Assembly (NCBI GenBank): GCA_963662465.1
Contig: OY759599.1
Span: 1,088,001 to 1,152,000 of the forward strand
DNA from: Desulfatiglandales bacterium
GTDB taxonomy: Bacteria; Desulfobacterota; DSM-4660; Desulfatiglandales; Desulfatiglandaceae
Direction: 5' to 3'
DNA: 64,000 bases
Positions 49,866 to 60,286 of the stretch are shown one piece after another. Numbering within the stretch: position 1 is the stretch's first letter; every line of letters starts with the position of its first letter. Below the pieces are notes generated by a model. That model saw nothing but the letters and a program-made list of their open reading frames with translations, made no database searches and was not told where the DNA came from. The position numbers and the translations under genes were made by a program.

Positions 49866-50822
49866 ATGACGCAAGGATTATGTCACCCTCTTCTCGGCGC
49901 CCATTTTTCTATTGCTGGCGGTTTTCATAAGGCATTGTATACGGCCATGGACTACGGCTGCACCGCTGTCCAAATCTTCACCAAGAACGCCAGTACCTGG
50001 AAAGAACGGATTTTGACCGATCAAGATATTGAAACCTTCGATCGGGCACGGCGGGAAACCGGCATTAAAGCCATCGCTTCCCATACGGCCTACCTGATCA
50101 ATCTCGGTTCCCCGGAAAAGAAAAAATTCGACCGGGCCTGCACCGCTCTGACTTGTGAGATGACCCGATCCGCCCAACTCGGCATTCCCTGGGTGGTCCA
50201 TCATCCCGGCGCCCACATGGGGACCGGCGAGGCCGTGGGCATTTCCCGGATTGCGGAAGGCATCAACCGGGTGCTTCATGAAAGCCGGGACAAGGGCCCG
50301 CGGCTTCTGCTGGAAACCTGCGCCGGCCAGGGCACGACCCTGGGGCATACCTTTGAACAGCTCGCCGCCATTTTCGAAAGGGTCGAACAGCGCGATCGCC
50401 TCGGGTTTTGTCTCGATACCTGCCATATCTTTGTCGCCGGCTATGATATCCGCACTGAAGCAGCCTATCATAAGACCATGGCGGCCTTTGACGGAATCCT
50501 GGGGTTGGACCGGCTTAAACTGATCCACCTTAACGATGCCCGACGGGAGCTGGGTTCCAGGGTTGACCGTCATCATCATATCGGAAAAGGGGAAATCGGT
50601 CCTCTGGGGTTTTCACTGATCATGAACGATAGACGTCTGGCCCGCATACCGAAAATACTGGAAACCCCCAAGAAAGAGGGCGATATCGACTGGGATCGAA
50701 AGAACCTGGATTGCCTGTTGGCCATGTTGGCGCAAAGATCCTCAGGAAGGGGGCCCAAAAAAACCCATTCCCTGCTGCCCTTGCCCATCCTGGTAGATGT
50801 GCAGCAGGTGACCGCCCGTTGA
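49866..50822 (+). CDS. nfo: Endonuclease IV
   Basis: GAHFSIAGG, YLINL, HPG, LLET, CLDTCH, HLND, DRH, ILETP. Confidence 0.95.
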   Translation: MTQGLCHPLLGAHFSIAGGFHKALYTAMDYGCTAVQIFTKNASTWKERILTDQDIETFDRARRETGIKAIASHTAYLINLGSPEKKKFDRACTALTCEMTRSAQLGIPWVVHHPGAHMGTGEAVGISRIAEGINRVLHESRDKGPRLLLETCAGQGTTLGHTFEQLAAIFERVEQRDRLGFCLDTCHIFVAGYDIRTEAAYHKTMAAFDGILGLDRLKLIHLNDARRELGSRVDRHHHIGKGEIGPLGFSLIMNDRRLARIPKILETPKKEGDIDWDRKNLDCLLAMLAQRSSGRGPKKTHSLLPLPILVDVQQVTAR

Positions 50823-53030
50823 CGCCGGCACATGGATCAGATGCACCACCGAGGCATGATGGGCCATTTCCGGGACCATGGAGGCGAGTTCATTGGGAGC
50901 CTTTAACAGGAAGCGTTCATCAATATGCGTTCCCTTCTGATCCGGATAGATGGCCATGGGGATAATCTCCGCTTCCACGAGATCGTTGAAAAAATGAGTG
51001 CCGTAGGAGACTTCCGGTGTAGATCCGTCGGCTTCAAAGGCGATTTCGCCTAAAGTGAGGGTGTTATTGATGTCTTCATATCCTACGCGGACACCGAGAT
51101 TGATGTCGTTGCTGCCCCATCGCCCCGGACCGAAAAGGGCATACCGTTTTTCCGCCAGAAGCCTGTTTATTTTGCCCACAACACGACCGATCTCCATTTT
51201 TTCGTCATAGCGGGTGATGTTGTTATAGGACCGGGGGTCCACATAAACCACGTATTCAATATCCTCGATGAGGCCGTTGGTGACGCCGCGGTTATTGGTG
51301 AAAAGGACCTGGGTACGGGGAATATCCGTTGGCAGGGAGACTTTTGCCAATTGGGCTCTCATGGAGAGGGTGCGGCATTGAAGGAGATAAAGTCTGCCGT
51401 TATCCCAGGCAAATTCCACATCCACCGGCCGTCCATAGGCGGTTTCCAGCTTATTGAGGATCTTTTTCATGCTGCTGATGAACGGGGTTCGGGTGAGAAG
51501 GTTATGGAAGGTGAGGCAGCTGTGATCAATATCGATTGTTCGGCCTTTGAACATGGGGGCGGCCAGATTGCCTTCCTGGTCCACCGATACGGCATCATAT
51601 AGATCCGGATGGTCAATCTGGCGCATCAAATCCAGAAAGGCAACGGGTTCCACCCGGCTCGTTTTCAGGTTGAAGACATCCACCGTTTTCTGGGAATATT
51701 TGCGGATCTGTCCCGGGTCCACCTCGGGCCTCAGAAGGGGATGGCTCACGGGAATCATTCTGGGATAATCATCTCCCACCCGATCCACGGCGCGCGTACC
51801 CAACCCGAAAACCAGTCGAATGATCCCGTCTTCCTTTTTAATGCGGGGGGTCCATCCATAGGCATTGAAGGAGAAGGCGACGCCCGCGGCAAAGGGAAAG
51901 AAATAGTCGCCGAAACGACGCCCCACCACCTTCTGGGCCAGAACGCTCATCCTTTCGTCAAAATCCAGAAGTTTCCGCTCTTTGCGGTAAAGGATGGGGG
52001 CTGGTCCAAAGGTGCTCATGAGTACCTGTTTCACTCCCCAGATGAATTCTTTAAGCCGTTCTTCGATATCTCCGTGGTTTGAAATAAATACGGAGTTGTA
52101 TTTCCCCGAAAAAGCGTGACCGAAATTATCTTCCAGAAGGCTGGAGGATCTCAAAATCAGCGGATGTTCCCCCACCTCATCGAGGAACTTGCGAAACAGG
52201 CTCACAGTATCGGGTGGAAAGGTGGTGTTGGCCATGATGCCGGGGATTTTTTGGAAGGCTTCCTCAATGTCGTCCCGGTTTTTGTATTTGTGGGTGTGCA
52301 GTTCATAGAGATGGTTGTAATCCACAAAATCGGAGAAAATGCCGGAGTTGAAATAATAGGATTCGGGGATGGCCAAATAACGTTCCAGCTCGGGATCCCT
52401 TTCCGTGAGTCGCGGCAGGATGATTCGGTAGGCCAGCAGTAATCCGGCCGCCTTGCCGCCGATCCGTCCCGGATACCGCGGGCTCCAGTAGGAGCGTTCA
52501 ACCATTTCATCGATGTCGCGTATGGTGATGTGTTGCTTGGCGATTCCCAGGAACGGAAGCTGGTTGGAGATAAAATGGTTGATCAGGGCTACCCGGACCC
52601 CCTCCGCTTCACTGGGGGACACAAATGTGGTTCCCTCGGGAATTTCACAGAATTCCCGCAGGGCCTTCTTCATCCGAAGGGATGTAACCCCTTCGGTGCT
52701 GACCACCTTGACCAGGTTTTGCAGCCGGTCTTCTTTTCGGGCAAGGTTGATATACTGGTCGATCTCCGGGTCGTTAAAATGTTGAACCAGCGCAAGATCA
52801 ACGGCTGCATCCATGTATTCACGGAGCGTTTTTTCCGTAGGGGGTAGCTGTTCCCTCGAAATAGCGTTTTCGGCATCTCTTCTGATCTGCTCCGGATGAA
52901 GAAATGCCTTTTCCAGCAGAACAGCCCGGAAAATTTTCCGCATGGCCTCCACAAGATGGGGGTGCCGCATCATTTTCCGATACATGCGGCAGGCACGCAC
53001 CAGATGGTGTTGTGTCTGTTCATCGGCCAT
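50742..53030 (-). CDS. PEP/pyruvate-binding (PPDK N-terminal-like) domain protein
   Basis: IGGKAAG, RSSSLLED, GKYNS, GLGTRAV, VDVEFA, LLQCR, GPGRWGS, SYGTHFF. Confidence 0.85.
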   Translation of the reverse strand: MADEQTQHHLVRACRMYRKMMRHPHLVEAMRKIFRAVLLEKAFLHPEQIRRDAENAISREQLPPTEKTLREYMDAAVDLALVQHFNDPEIDQYINLARKEDRLQNLVKVVSTEGVTSLRMKKALREFCEIPEGTTFVSPSEAEGVRVALINHFISNQLPFLGIAKQHITIRDIDEMVERSYWSPRYPGRIGGKAAGLLLAYRIILPRLTERDPELERYLAIPESYYFNSGIFSDFVDYNHLYELHTHKYKNRDDIEEAFQKIPGIMANTTFPPDTVSLFRKFLDEVGEHPLILRSSSLLEDNFGHAFSGKYNSVFISNHGDIEERLKEFIWGVKQVLMSTFGPAPILYRKERKLLDFDERMSVLAQKVVGRRFGDYFFPFAAGVAFSFNAYGWTPRIKKEDGIIRLVFGLGTRAVDRVGDDYPRMIPVSHPLLRPEVDPGQIRKYSQKTVDVFNLKTSRVEPVAFLDLMRQIDHPDLYDAVSVDQEGNLAAPMFKGRTIDIDHSCLTFHNLLTRTPFISSMKKILNKLETAYGRPVDVEFAWDNGRLYLLQCRTLSMRAQLAKVSLPTDIPRTQVLFTNNRGVTNGLIEDIEYVVYVDPRSYNNITRYDEKMEIGRVVGKINRLLAEKRYALFGPGRWGSNDINLGVRVGYEDINNTLTLGEIAFEADGSTPEVSYGTHFFNDLVEAEIIPMAIYPDQKGTHIDERFLLKAPNELASMVPEMAHHASVVHLIHVPASTGGHLLHIYQDGQGQQGMGFFGPPS

Positions 53031-53059
53031 TTTGTTGCCTTTTTCTCTCGTGGGCCAAA

Positions 53060-53091
53060 AAACTTAAAACTTAAAACCTAAAACTTAAAAC
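53060..53091. repeat. Short heptamer tandem repeat
   Basis: About four AAAC(T/C)TA units between gdh and the next gene. Confidence 0.8.
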
Positions 53092-53105
53092 CGCGGCTTG
53101 CCGCA

Positions 53106-54356
53106 CTACACCCACCCCCGCAGCTTGCAGGCTTCGGCTACCCGTGCCACGGCCACCAGATAGGCGGCATTTCGCATGTGGATGGCGTGGTTTCGACTCA
53201 TCTCGTAAACGCTTTCAAAAGCGCGGCGCATGGTATCTTTCAGGCGAAAGTGAATCTCATCCAGATTCCAGTAGAGATTGTAGGTGTTCTGGACCTGTTC
53301 CAGGTAGGAGACCGTGACGCCGCCCGCATTGGCCAGAAAATCCGGGAGAACGAATACGTTGTTTTCGTAAAGGATATCATCGGCATCCGGGGTGGTGGGG
53401 CCGTTTGCCAGCTCGCACAAAATGGCGCAGCGGATTTTGGAAGCGTTTTCCTTCGTGATGACGTTTTCAAGGGCTGCCGGGAAAAGCACCGATGTTTCCA
53501 GTTCCAGCAGCTCTTTGTTGGTGATGGCATCGGCATCGGCAAAACCCTTAAGACTGCCGGTACGGATTTTGTGGTCAATGAGGGCTTTTGCGTCAATCCC
53601 CCTGGGGTTGTAAACGCCCCCTTTGGAATCCGTTGCGCCCACCAGTTTCATGCCGATCAGTTCCTCGCCGATGCGTGCCGCATGTTGGCCTGCGTTCCCG
53701 AAGCCCTGGATGGCCATGGCGCCGCCCTTGAGGTCCATTTCAAGGGCTTTGGCTGCCTCTCTAACCACGTATATGCCCCCTCGGGCCGTGGCATCCCCCC
53801 GCCCCTGGGAGCCTCCCAGGGCGATGGGTTTTCCGGTGATGACACCCGGATGGTGTTCTCCCGTAATGACTTCATATTCATCCATCATCCAGGCCATAAT
53901 CTGGGGAGTGGTGTAGACGTCCGGCGCCGGTACATCTTTCGTAACGCCCAGGGTTCTCCCCACGGCGCGTACGTAAGCACGGGCCAGACGTTCTTTTTCG
54001 TTTTCGGTCAACTCCTTGGGATTGCAGACCACGCCGCCCTTGCCGCCGCCTAAAGGAATATCCACCACGGCTGTTTTCCAGGTCATCCAGGCGGCCAGGG
54101 CACGCACCGTATCGATGGTTTCATCGGGATGCCATCGGATGCCCCCCTTTGCCGGGCCGCGCGCCGTGTTGTACTGAATGCGGAACCCATGAAACACCCG
54201 TGTGGTCCCGTCATCCATCTTGACGGGCATGGTCACCTCCAATTCGCGCATGGGCCACCGAAGGAGTTCGTGGGTGGCTTCGTCGAGTCCCAGTTTTTCC
54301 GCTGCATGATCCAGTTGTTGCTGTGCGATCCGAAATGGGTTTAACTTTTCTGACAT
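53106..54356 (-). CDS. gdhA: Glutamate dehydrogenase
   Basis: KGGIRWHP, GGGKGG, DVPAPD, GFGNAG, ANGP, NAGGVTVSY. Confidence 0.92.
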   Translation of the reverse strand: MSEKLNPFRIAQQQLDHAAEKLGLDEATHELLRWPMRELEVTMPVKMDDGTTRVFHGFRIQYNTARGPAKGGIRWHPDETIDTVRALAAWMTWKTAVVDIPLGGGKGGVVCNPKELTENEKERLARAYVRAVGRTLGVTKDVPAPDVYTTPQIMAWMMDEYEVITGEHHPGVITGKPIALGGSQGRGDATARGGIYVVREAAKALEMDLKGGAMAIQGFGNAGQHAARIGEELIGMKLVGATDSKGGVYNPRGIDAKALIDHKIRTGSLKGFADADAITNKELLELETSVLFPAALENVITKENASKIRCAILCELANGPTTPDADDILYENNVFVLPDFLANAGGVTVSYLEQVQNTYNLYWNLDEIHFRLKDTMRRAFESVYEMSRNHAIHMRNAAYLVAVARVAEACKLRGWV

Positions 54357-54619
54357 TTCTCACTCCTTAATGGCCGAAATCTATTAACCGCTATTCTGTT
54401 AATGCAATGATGCGATAGAAAACCTAGCCTCCTCAGCATACCTTGTAAAGGGATGCAGTTGCAAGGGCAAGTTCACGACTTTTCTCTTGACATGATAGGA
54501 GGCAGCATTTCCTTACTTCAATAAAATCAACAACTTAACATGACTAAACAGGGCGCAGGGAGCAAGATAATATACGGATAATGCTCCCTAAATGCAACCA
54601 AATTACCGCGTTTTACCAG

Positions 54620-54658
54620 GGGAGGCTGCCAAAATTATCCGGCAGCCTCTTTTTTTTG
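54620..54658 (+). terminator. Rho-independent terminator
   Basis: GAGGCTGCC-loop-GGCAGCCTC followed by a T run. Confidence 0.8.
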
Positions 54659-54770
54659 TGATTTTTTTGAAAAAAAACAACCGGAGGGGTTGACATCACA
54701 TAAATAATGATGATAGTATTGTCATTAAGCAATACGCATATAAATATAGAGATACAGGGGGATGTAAAAA

Positions 54771-55043
54771 ATGAGCAAAAAATCGGTGACTATAAAATTG
54801 GAAGAGGACCGCGTGCAGCTATTGAATGACGCTGCCGATGAAATGAAAATTACGAAAACGGATATTATTAGCAGAGGCATACCGCTGGCGATTGTATGGC
54901 AGCGAGCAAAAGACGTGCTGCCCATGCCGAAAAAACTGATCTTTAACGAAAAAAGGGGTGTGTATCAAGCGGAGGCAGATTATCGAAAAGAATTTTTTGC
55001 GAAATTTGTGGAGCTGGCGGAGCGCAGCATAGCGATTCCATAG
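54771..55043 (+). CDS. Ribbon-helix-helix-like regulator
   Basis: KKSVTIKL...LLNDAA...KTDIISRGI. Confidence 0.55.
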   Translation: MSKKSVTIKLEEDRVQLLNDAADEMKITKTDIISRGIPLAIVWQRAKDVLPMPKKLIFNEKRGVYQAEADYRKEFFAKFVELAERSIAIP

Positions 55044-55197
55044 CACCGAAAACACAATTTAATATCTCAACTGGCGGGTGCCGCTCCCCTGGAATGGAGC
55101 ATCGAAAGATGAGGACCCCTTAATGGATGCCACGGAGATCAATTTCATTTTTGATTTTTGTGGCATTTTTTTTGTGCCACGGGAAGGGGAAGTTAAA

Positions 55198-55428
55198 ATG
55201 GCACAAGCATGGGGAGGAATCAAAGACGCTTGCCAGTATGCAGGGCGATGTGAGCGAACAGTAAGAAACTGGCTGGCGGAGGGATTAAGGCACAGTAGGT
55301 TGCCGAGCGGAAGAATCCTTATCAAATTTGACGACATCGATAATTACCTTTCGCAATTTGCAGTGACCGAATCCGAGATTGACCGGCAGGTGAGCGAGAT
55401 GCTGCGCGGCATGGGACGGAGGTGTTGA
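55198..55428 (+). CDS. Excisionase-like HTH protein
   Basis: IKDACQYAGRCERTVRNWLAEGL...GRILIKFDDIDNYL. Confidence 0.8.
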   Translation: MAQAWGGIKDACQYAGRCERTVRNWLAEGLRHSRLPSGRILIKFDDIDNYLSQFAVTESEIDRQVSEMLRGMGRRC

Positions 55429-55430
55429 CC

Positions 55431-56612
55431 ATGGGCTCATCACAACCAGGTTTTTTTAGTGCAGATGAACTGGCAGCGGATTTCGGAATTGAAAATCCCA
55501 TCGACAAAAAGAGCCTAACTGCTCGCTGGATCGTGCCTCCATTTAGCGTGCTGGATAGCCGTCAATCTTATTGGCAAAAGCGCAAAAGGCAGTGGCTCAA
55601 TTTGGGAATCCAGAGCGAGTTGGGCAGAGGCGAGGCATTAACGCTCGGCATCACGCCCGATGGAAAATCCACAAAAGATAAAAATGTAGCATGGACGGAC
55701 CGTGGCAAAGCCAAATTATCACCTGGTGGCTCGCCCATGCCAGCCGCAGACTACAGCCGACGCGAGAGAGGCGATGGGCGTGGACGACCAATGGCCAGAT
55801 GTTTCGGGGAGGATTTGATGAAGGGCGAAAACGCCAAATTTGCAAAAGCGCAACCGGCAATTAACTCCTTATATAATAGGAGCGAAACCGCAGGCGGCAC
55901 CGAATCCAAGACCGGCACATCCATTTTTGATCCGTGCTTGTGCGAGCTGGCAAATCAATGGTTTTGCCGTCCGGGTGGCCACCTGCTTGATCCTTTTGCT
56001 GGTGGCTCTGTTAGAGGCATCGTGGCATCAGTAACCGGACGGAATTACACCGGAATTGACCTATCTGAGAGGCAAATTGTGGCCAACAGGGAGCAAGGCC
56101 AGGAGCTATGCAAGGAGCCCATGCCGGAATGGATTGTGGGCGATGCTGGCGACGTGAGAACCCTTGCTGGCGGACCTTTTGATCTGCTTTTTTCATGTCC
56201 GCCCTATGGGAATCTTGAGGTTTATAGTGATGATCCACAAGACCTTTCAACCATGAGCTGGGATGAGTTTTTGAGCGCCTATCAACACATCATTAAAGAG
56301 TGCTGCCGGATGCTGCGCCCTCATCGTTTTGCAATTTTTGTGGTGGGCGACATCAGAGACAAGGACGGGCACTATCGCAATTTACCAGGCGCAACCATCA
56401 CCGCGTTTCAAGCAGCCGGACTGCAATTATACAACCATGCAATCTTACTTAACGCGCTGGGCTCCTTGCCGATCAGGGCGCACAAGCAGATGGCAGCATC
56501 ACGCAAACTGGGGAAGGGGCACCAGGATGTGCTGGTGTTTTGCAAGGGTTCATGGCGCAAAGCGGTGGCGGAGCTGGCGGATGAACAGATAAGAGGCAGT
56601 TATTTACGTTAA
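55431..56612 (+). CDS. Phage-type amino (N4C/N6A) DNA methyltransferase
   Basis: TSIFDP, LDPFAGGSVRG, GIDL, SCPPY, HQDVLVF. Confidence 0.85.
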   Translation: MGSSQPGFFSADELAADFGIENPIDKKSLTARWIVPPFSVLDSRQSYWQKRKRQWLNLGIQSELGRGEALTLGITPDGKSTKDKNVAWTDRGKAKLSPGGSPMPAADYSRRERGDGRGRPMARCFGEDLMKGENAKFAKAQPAINSLYNRSETAGGTESKTGTSIFDPCLCELANQWFCRPGGHLLDPFAGGSVRGIVASVTGRNYTGIDLSERQIVANREQGQELCKEPMPEWIVGDAGDVRTLAGGPFDLLFSCPPYGNLEVYSDDPQDLSTMSWDEFLSAYQHIIKECCRMLRPHRFAIFVVGDIRDKDGHYRNLPGATITAFQAAGLQLYNHAILLNALGSLPIRAHKQMAASRKLGKGHQDVLVFCKGSWRKAVAELADEQIRGSYLR

Positions 56613-56705
56613 GCCGTCTGGGCCCGTGCCGCTCCGGGAATGGGGCGGCAAGCGCTTCCTCCAACAGCGTGGGCCCAGATTTTTAAAATTTTGAAAGGGT
56701 TTGAA

Positions 56706-56960
56706 ATGGAACAGATACGGGTGAAATCATCAACAGAATTGATGGATATGAAATTTGAGCCAAAAGTAATTTGTGACGGAAAATGGATCACCATATTAAA
56801 TGATCACGGTGGTTATGACATCGAATTATCACGGTGTAATACCGCACAATCAATACTGGCGTGGGTTGCTCATCTGAGCGAAAAAATCTGGATTGAAACA
56901 CAAATGATTAATGAATTTGTGAAAATTGCTACGAAAAAAGCAGGCATAAAAATTTATTGA
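56706..56960 (+). CDS. Hypothetical phage protein
   Basis: Co-oriented ORF, YDIELSRC...WVAHLSEK. Confidence 0.6.
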   Translation: MEQIRVKSSTELMDMKFEPKVICDGKWITILNDHGGYDIELSRCNTAQSILAWVAHLSEKIWIETQMINEFVKIATKKAGIKIY

Positions 56961-57047
56961 ACGGCTTGCTCGGGGTGCCTCCTTGCAGGGAGGTAAAGGG
57001 CTCCTGCAAAGCCCAACTCCGAGCAATTTTCCATTGCAGGAGGAAAT

Positions 57048-59114
57048 ATGGACACAACACAATTAACAAGATTTGAACCTGATAAAATACCTCGGCGGAT
57101 GAGGATGCACAAGCAATGGATATGCTGGCGTCCGGTGCCACGAGACGGCGGCAAGGTAGATAAAATCCCGATTGATCCACAAACCCTCCGAGCGGCAAAG
57201 ACAAATGATAAGACCACCTGGACAGATTTCAAAACGGCGGTGGCATCGGCAAAGGCTAACAGCCTCGGGCTCGGTTTTGTGTTTTCAGAAACGGATACTT
57301 TTTGCGGGATCGACCTTGACGACTGCTTTGAGAACGGCAGACCGGTTGACTGGGCGCAAAACCTAGTTGAACAAATGGGCTCATATGCGGAGGTGACTCC
57401 ATCGGGCAAGGGGTTGCATATCATAGCCATGGGCGAGCTGCGAGGCAAGAGGCGGAGGAAGGGCCAGGTTGAGGCGTACCAGACCGGGCGCTTTTTTACG
57501 GTTACAGGTGCGAGATTGACGGACATCAATTATGTGGCCGAAAACCAGGACGGGATTGATCAGTTTTATCAGACCCATTTTGATGAGCCTGAGCCTGTGC
57601 CGGTTGCGCCACCGAAACCTGAGCCAGTATCGACACCGACACACACAGAAAATAATATCTTAAATGGGCTCAAATCCATATCAGCTTTTGAGCGTTTGTT
57701 CAATGGCGACATGGGCACCTATCCAAGTCAATCGGAGGCGGACCTCGCCTTGTGTAGCATGATTGCGCGGAGGACGGATGATCCACAGATGATTGATGAG
57801 ATTTTTCGTCAGTCAAGACTTTACCGTGACAAATGGGACCAGCTTAGGGGAGCCCAAACCTATGGTGGGATCACCATCGGCAAGGCGCTTGAGGGTGCGC
57901 CAGCTATCCCCACCATTGGCATAAGCACAAGGGATATGGATGTAGAGATCGAGCAATACAAGCCATTTCCCATGGATATTATGGGCGGACTTGCTGGTGA
58001 CTTTGCCATGGCGCAAAGCCAATGCGTGGAGGCGCCACCGGAGTTTTTGTATATGGCGTTTTTAACCTGCCTTGGATCAATACTATCCGGCAGAGCAACC
58101 ATTGCCATGGGGTGGGAGATACAGCCGAGGCTATACGTTTTGATCCTGGGTGAAACCGCAGAAGGGCGAAAATCCACAGCACTTAAGATTGTGACAAACT
58201 TCTTCAAGGATGCGTTTCGGGAAGACGAGCCAGCAAGTTTGAATTCTTCCTGGGGTTTCGGAAGCGCTGAAGGTTTACAAAAAGCTCTATCGGAGAATAA
58301 CAATTTATTGCTGTGTCTGGATGAGTTTAAAGCTTTTGTCTCAAAAGCCAGCATCAAAGGCAGCGTGCTACTCCCTGCCGTGACGCAGCTCTTTGAGAGT
58401 AACAGTTATGAGAACCAGACGAAAACCACACACCTTAAAATACAGGATGCTCATTTTTCGCTGTTGGCAGCGAGTACCATCGACACATATGAGAGAACAT
58501 GGGATGCGTCATTTTCGGATATCGGGTTCCTCAACCGGTTGTTTCTCATCGTGGGAAAGTCCGAGCGCAGGTTTGCATTCCCACAGCGATTAGACCAACA
58601 AACAGCCACCCATTACAAGGCGAGACTGCGCCAGATGATACACAAGATATATGCCGTTGATGGAGGCTTGATGCAGCTAGGATTTACACCTGATGCACAA
58701 GAGAAACACAGTGACTGGTATTTCAACCAGGATGAATCAATATACTCGCGCAGGCTGGACACATATGCACTAAGGTTGATGATCCTGCTGGCCATAAACG
58801 AGGGTAAAACGCTGATCGACAGCGAGGTGGTTGCTAAGGTTATCCGGCTTTGTGACTGGCAGCTTGATATCCGTAAATCACTGAGCCCGATTGACGGAGA
58901 TAATGCAGCGGCAATCATGGAGGAAAAGATCAGGAGAGCGCTGGCCACAAAGGGAGATTTAACTAAGAGAGAGTTGAGGAGATTTACAAATGCAGACCGG
59001 AGCGGTTTATGGTTATTCGATACTGCGTTAACGAATTTGATTAAAGCGGAGGAGGCGACACTTGCAAAAAGCGGACGCACGGAACTGTATCATTATATTC
59101 AACTGTCGTCATAA
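57048..59114 (+). CDS. NrS-1-like primase-polymerase fused to DUF3987-like P-loop domain
   Basis: GIDLDDC, YAEVTPSGKGLH, RFFTVTG, SQSEADLAL, SRLYRDKW; GETAEGRKST, LCLDEF. Confidence 0.85.
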   Translation: MDTTQLTRFEPDKIPRRMRMHKQWICWRPVPRDGGKVDKIPIDPQTLRAAKTNDKTTWTDFKTAVASAKANSLGLGFVFSETDTFCGIDLDDCFENGRPVDWAQNLVEQMGSYAEVTPSGKGLHIIAMGELRGKRRRKGQVEAYQTGRFFTVTGARLTDINYVAENQDGIDQFYQTHFDEPEPVPVAPPKPEPVSTPTHTENNILNGLKSISAFERLFNGDMGTYPSQSEADLALCSMIARRTDDPQMIDEIFRQSRLYRDKWDQLRGAQTYGGITIGKALEGAPAIPTIGISTRDMDVEIEQYKPFPMDIMGGLAGDFAMAQSQCVEAPPEFLYMAFLTCLGSILSGRATIAMGWEIQPRLYVLILGETAEGRKSTALKIVTNFFKDAFREDEPASLNSSWGFGSAEGLQKALSENNNLLLCLDEFKAFVSKASIKGSVLLPAVTQLFESNSYENQTKTTHLKIQDAHFSLLAASTIDTYERTWDASFSDIGFLNRLFLIVGKSERRFAFPQRLDQQTATHYKARLRQMIHKIYAVDGGLMQLGFTPDAQEKHSDWYFNQDESIYSRRLDTYALRLMILLAINEGKTLIDSEVVAKVIRLCDWQLDIRKSLSPIDGDNAAAIMEEKIRRALATKGDLTKRELRRFTNADRSGLWLFDTALTNLIKAEEATLAKSGRTELYHYIQLSS

Positions 59115-59340
59115 CTGTCGTCAGGGGGTTTACGACAGTTATGTGGTTGATATGTTTAAGGAAACTGAAACTGTCGTCAAGATTAGTATATGTGGTACAG
59201 CTCCAGGCAAAACAATAATAAAATCTCTATATATCTATATGGGGGTAAAAACTGACGACACAAAGATATAAATGTAGTTATTTAAAGGAGTTAACTGTCG
59301 TAAATGGGCGACGACACTTTGACGACAGTTGACGACAGTT
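59101..59340. repeat. Iteron-like array, candidate replication origin
   Basis: About nine copies of (AA)CTGTCGT(C)A or variants in both orientations around an AT-rich core. Confidence 0.8.
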
Positions 59341-59372
59341 TGAGATATATAAATCTGTGGAGGAAAAGAGTT

Positions 59373-59711
59373 ATGGGACGAAATTGGACCGACGAAATGA
59401 ACATTGATGAGGCGGTGGCGGTGGCGGATCTGCTCGGGATCAAGCACGAGCTGCGCCATACCAGCAACCAGGATTTTATGATTGATTTATACTGCCGTTT
59501 GATTGCGCTTGATAATGGCGTGATGTTTATCCGACGATATGAATTTGTGTGGAGTACCATATATGGCCAGGTAATTGAATGGTTTCAAAGGGCGCAGGAT
59601 GCTCTATGGAATTGCAATCGGTATGGAGCGGCAGACCATGGACCAGGCCAGCGGTGGGCGGCAGGACGGCAGGCACAGAAGAAATCTGACTCGGCACAAG
59701 TCTTGTCTTGA
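59373..59711 (+). CDS. Hypothetical phage protein
   Basis: GGAGG SD, co-oriented ORF. Confidence 0.55.
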   Translation: MGRNWTDEMNIDEAVAVADLLGIKHELRHTSNQDFMIDLYCRLIALDNGVMFIRRYEFVWSTIYGQVIEWFQRAQDALWNCNRYGAADHGPGQRWAAGRQAQKKSDSAQVLS

Positions 59712-59761
59712 AACTGTATCAGGTTAATCCATAATTATGATACAGTTTTTGGGAGGTAGAA

Positions 59762-60160
59762 ATGAAACGAATTAAGGCAAAAATAAGGCAAAAACCGACC
59801 GATGGAGACGCCATGGCGCAGACCATCAAGACCGACGCCATTGACGGCAGGACCAAGCAGGCACGGCACATCAAGCGGATAAAGGACGGCTTGACCGATG
59901 CTCCCATCAACACCGCAAAGGCGCTGCTCAAGGCGCTCGTGGCGCAGAACACGGTGATCTCGCAGGAGATCTATAACGCTGCGCTCAACTCCGGCAGCCT
60001 CATCGACGCAAAGGGCAAGCTCAATCCACTCATCGAAAAGTCCCTGGTCAAATACCAGAACGCCAGCAAATCGGCTTTGATCGAGCTATTGAAACTTGAG
60101 GGCGGCAAGGCAGAGGACAATCCGGAGGACATTTTCAGCGATGTTTTTGACGGTTGCTAG
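59762..60160 (+). CDS. Helical protein, candidate terminase small subunit
   Basis: GGAGG SD; IDGRT; KLNPLI; acidic tail; upstream of terL. Confidence 0.5.
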   Translation: MKRIKAKIRQKPTDGDAMAQTIKTDAIDGRTKQARHIKRIKDGLTDAPINTAKALLKALVAQNTVISQEIYNAALNSGSLIDAKGKLNPLIEKSLVKYQNASKSALIELLKLEGGKAEDNPEDIFSDVFDGC

Positions 60161-60286
60161 TATAGCATCAAGGCAAAACCTGGTGCCTATCCCTATGTTT
60201 TCTTTGTGGATTCCGTTTTCTCCTCTGCCGGTGGTTGCACCTGGGGAGCAATTCCGGCATGAAAACGGGGATTATCACCGGCTCCT

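Noticed and set aside
53060..53091. Heptamer repeat as a phase-variation switch
   Set aside because: Only about four imperfect intergenic units with no clear promoter context
54360..54620. tRNA/tmRNA attachment site for the phage element
   Set aside because: No tRNA-like sequence recognised and no partner repeat in the window
59101..59340. CRISPR array
   Set aside because: Repeats are ~10 bp, irregularly spaced and in both orientations
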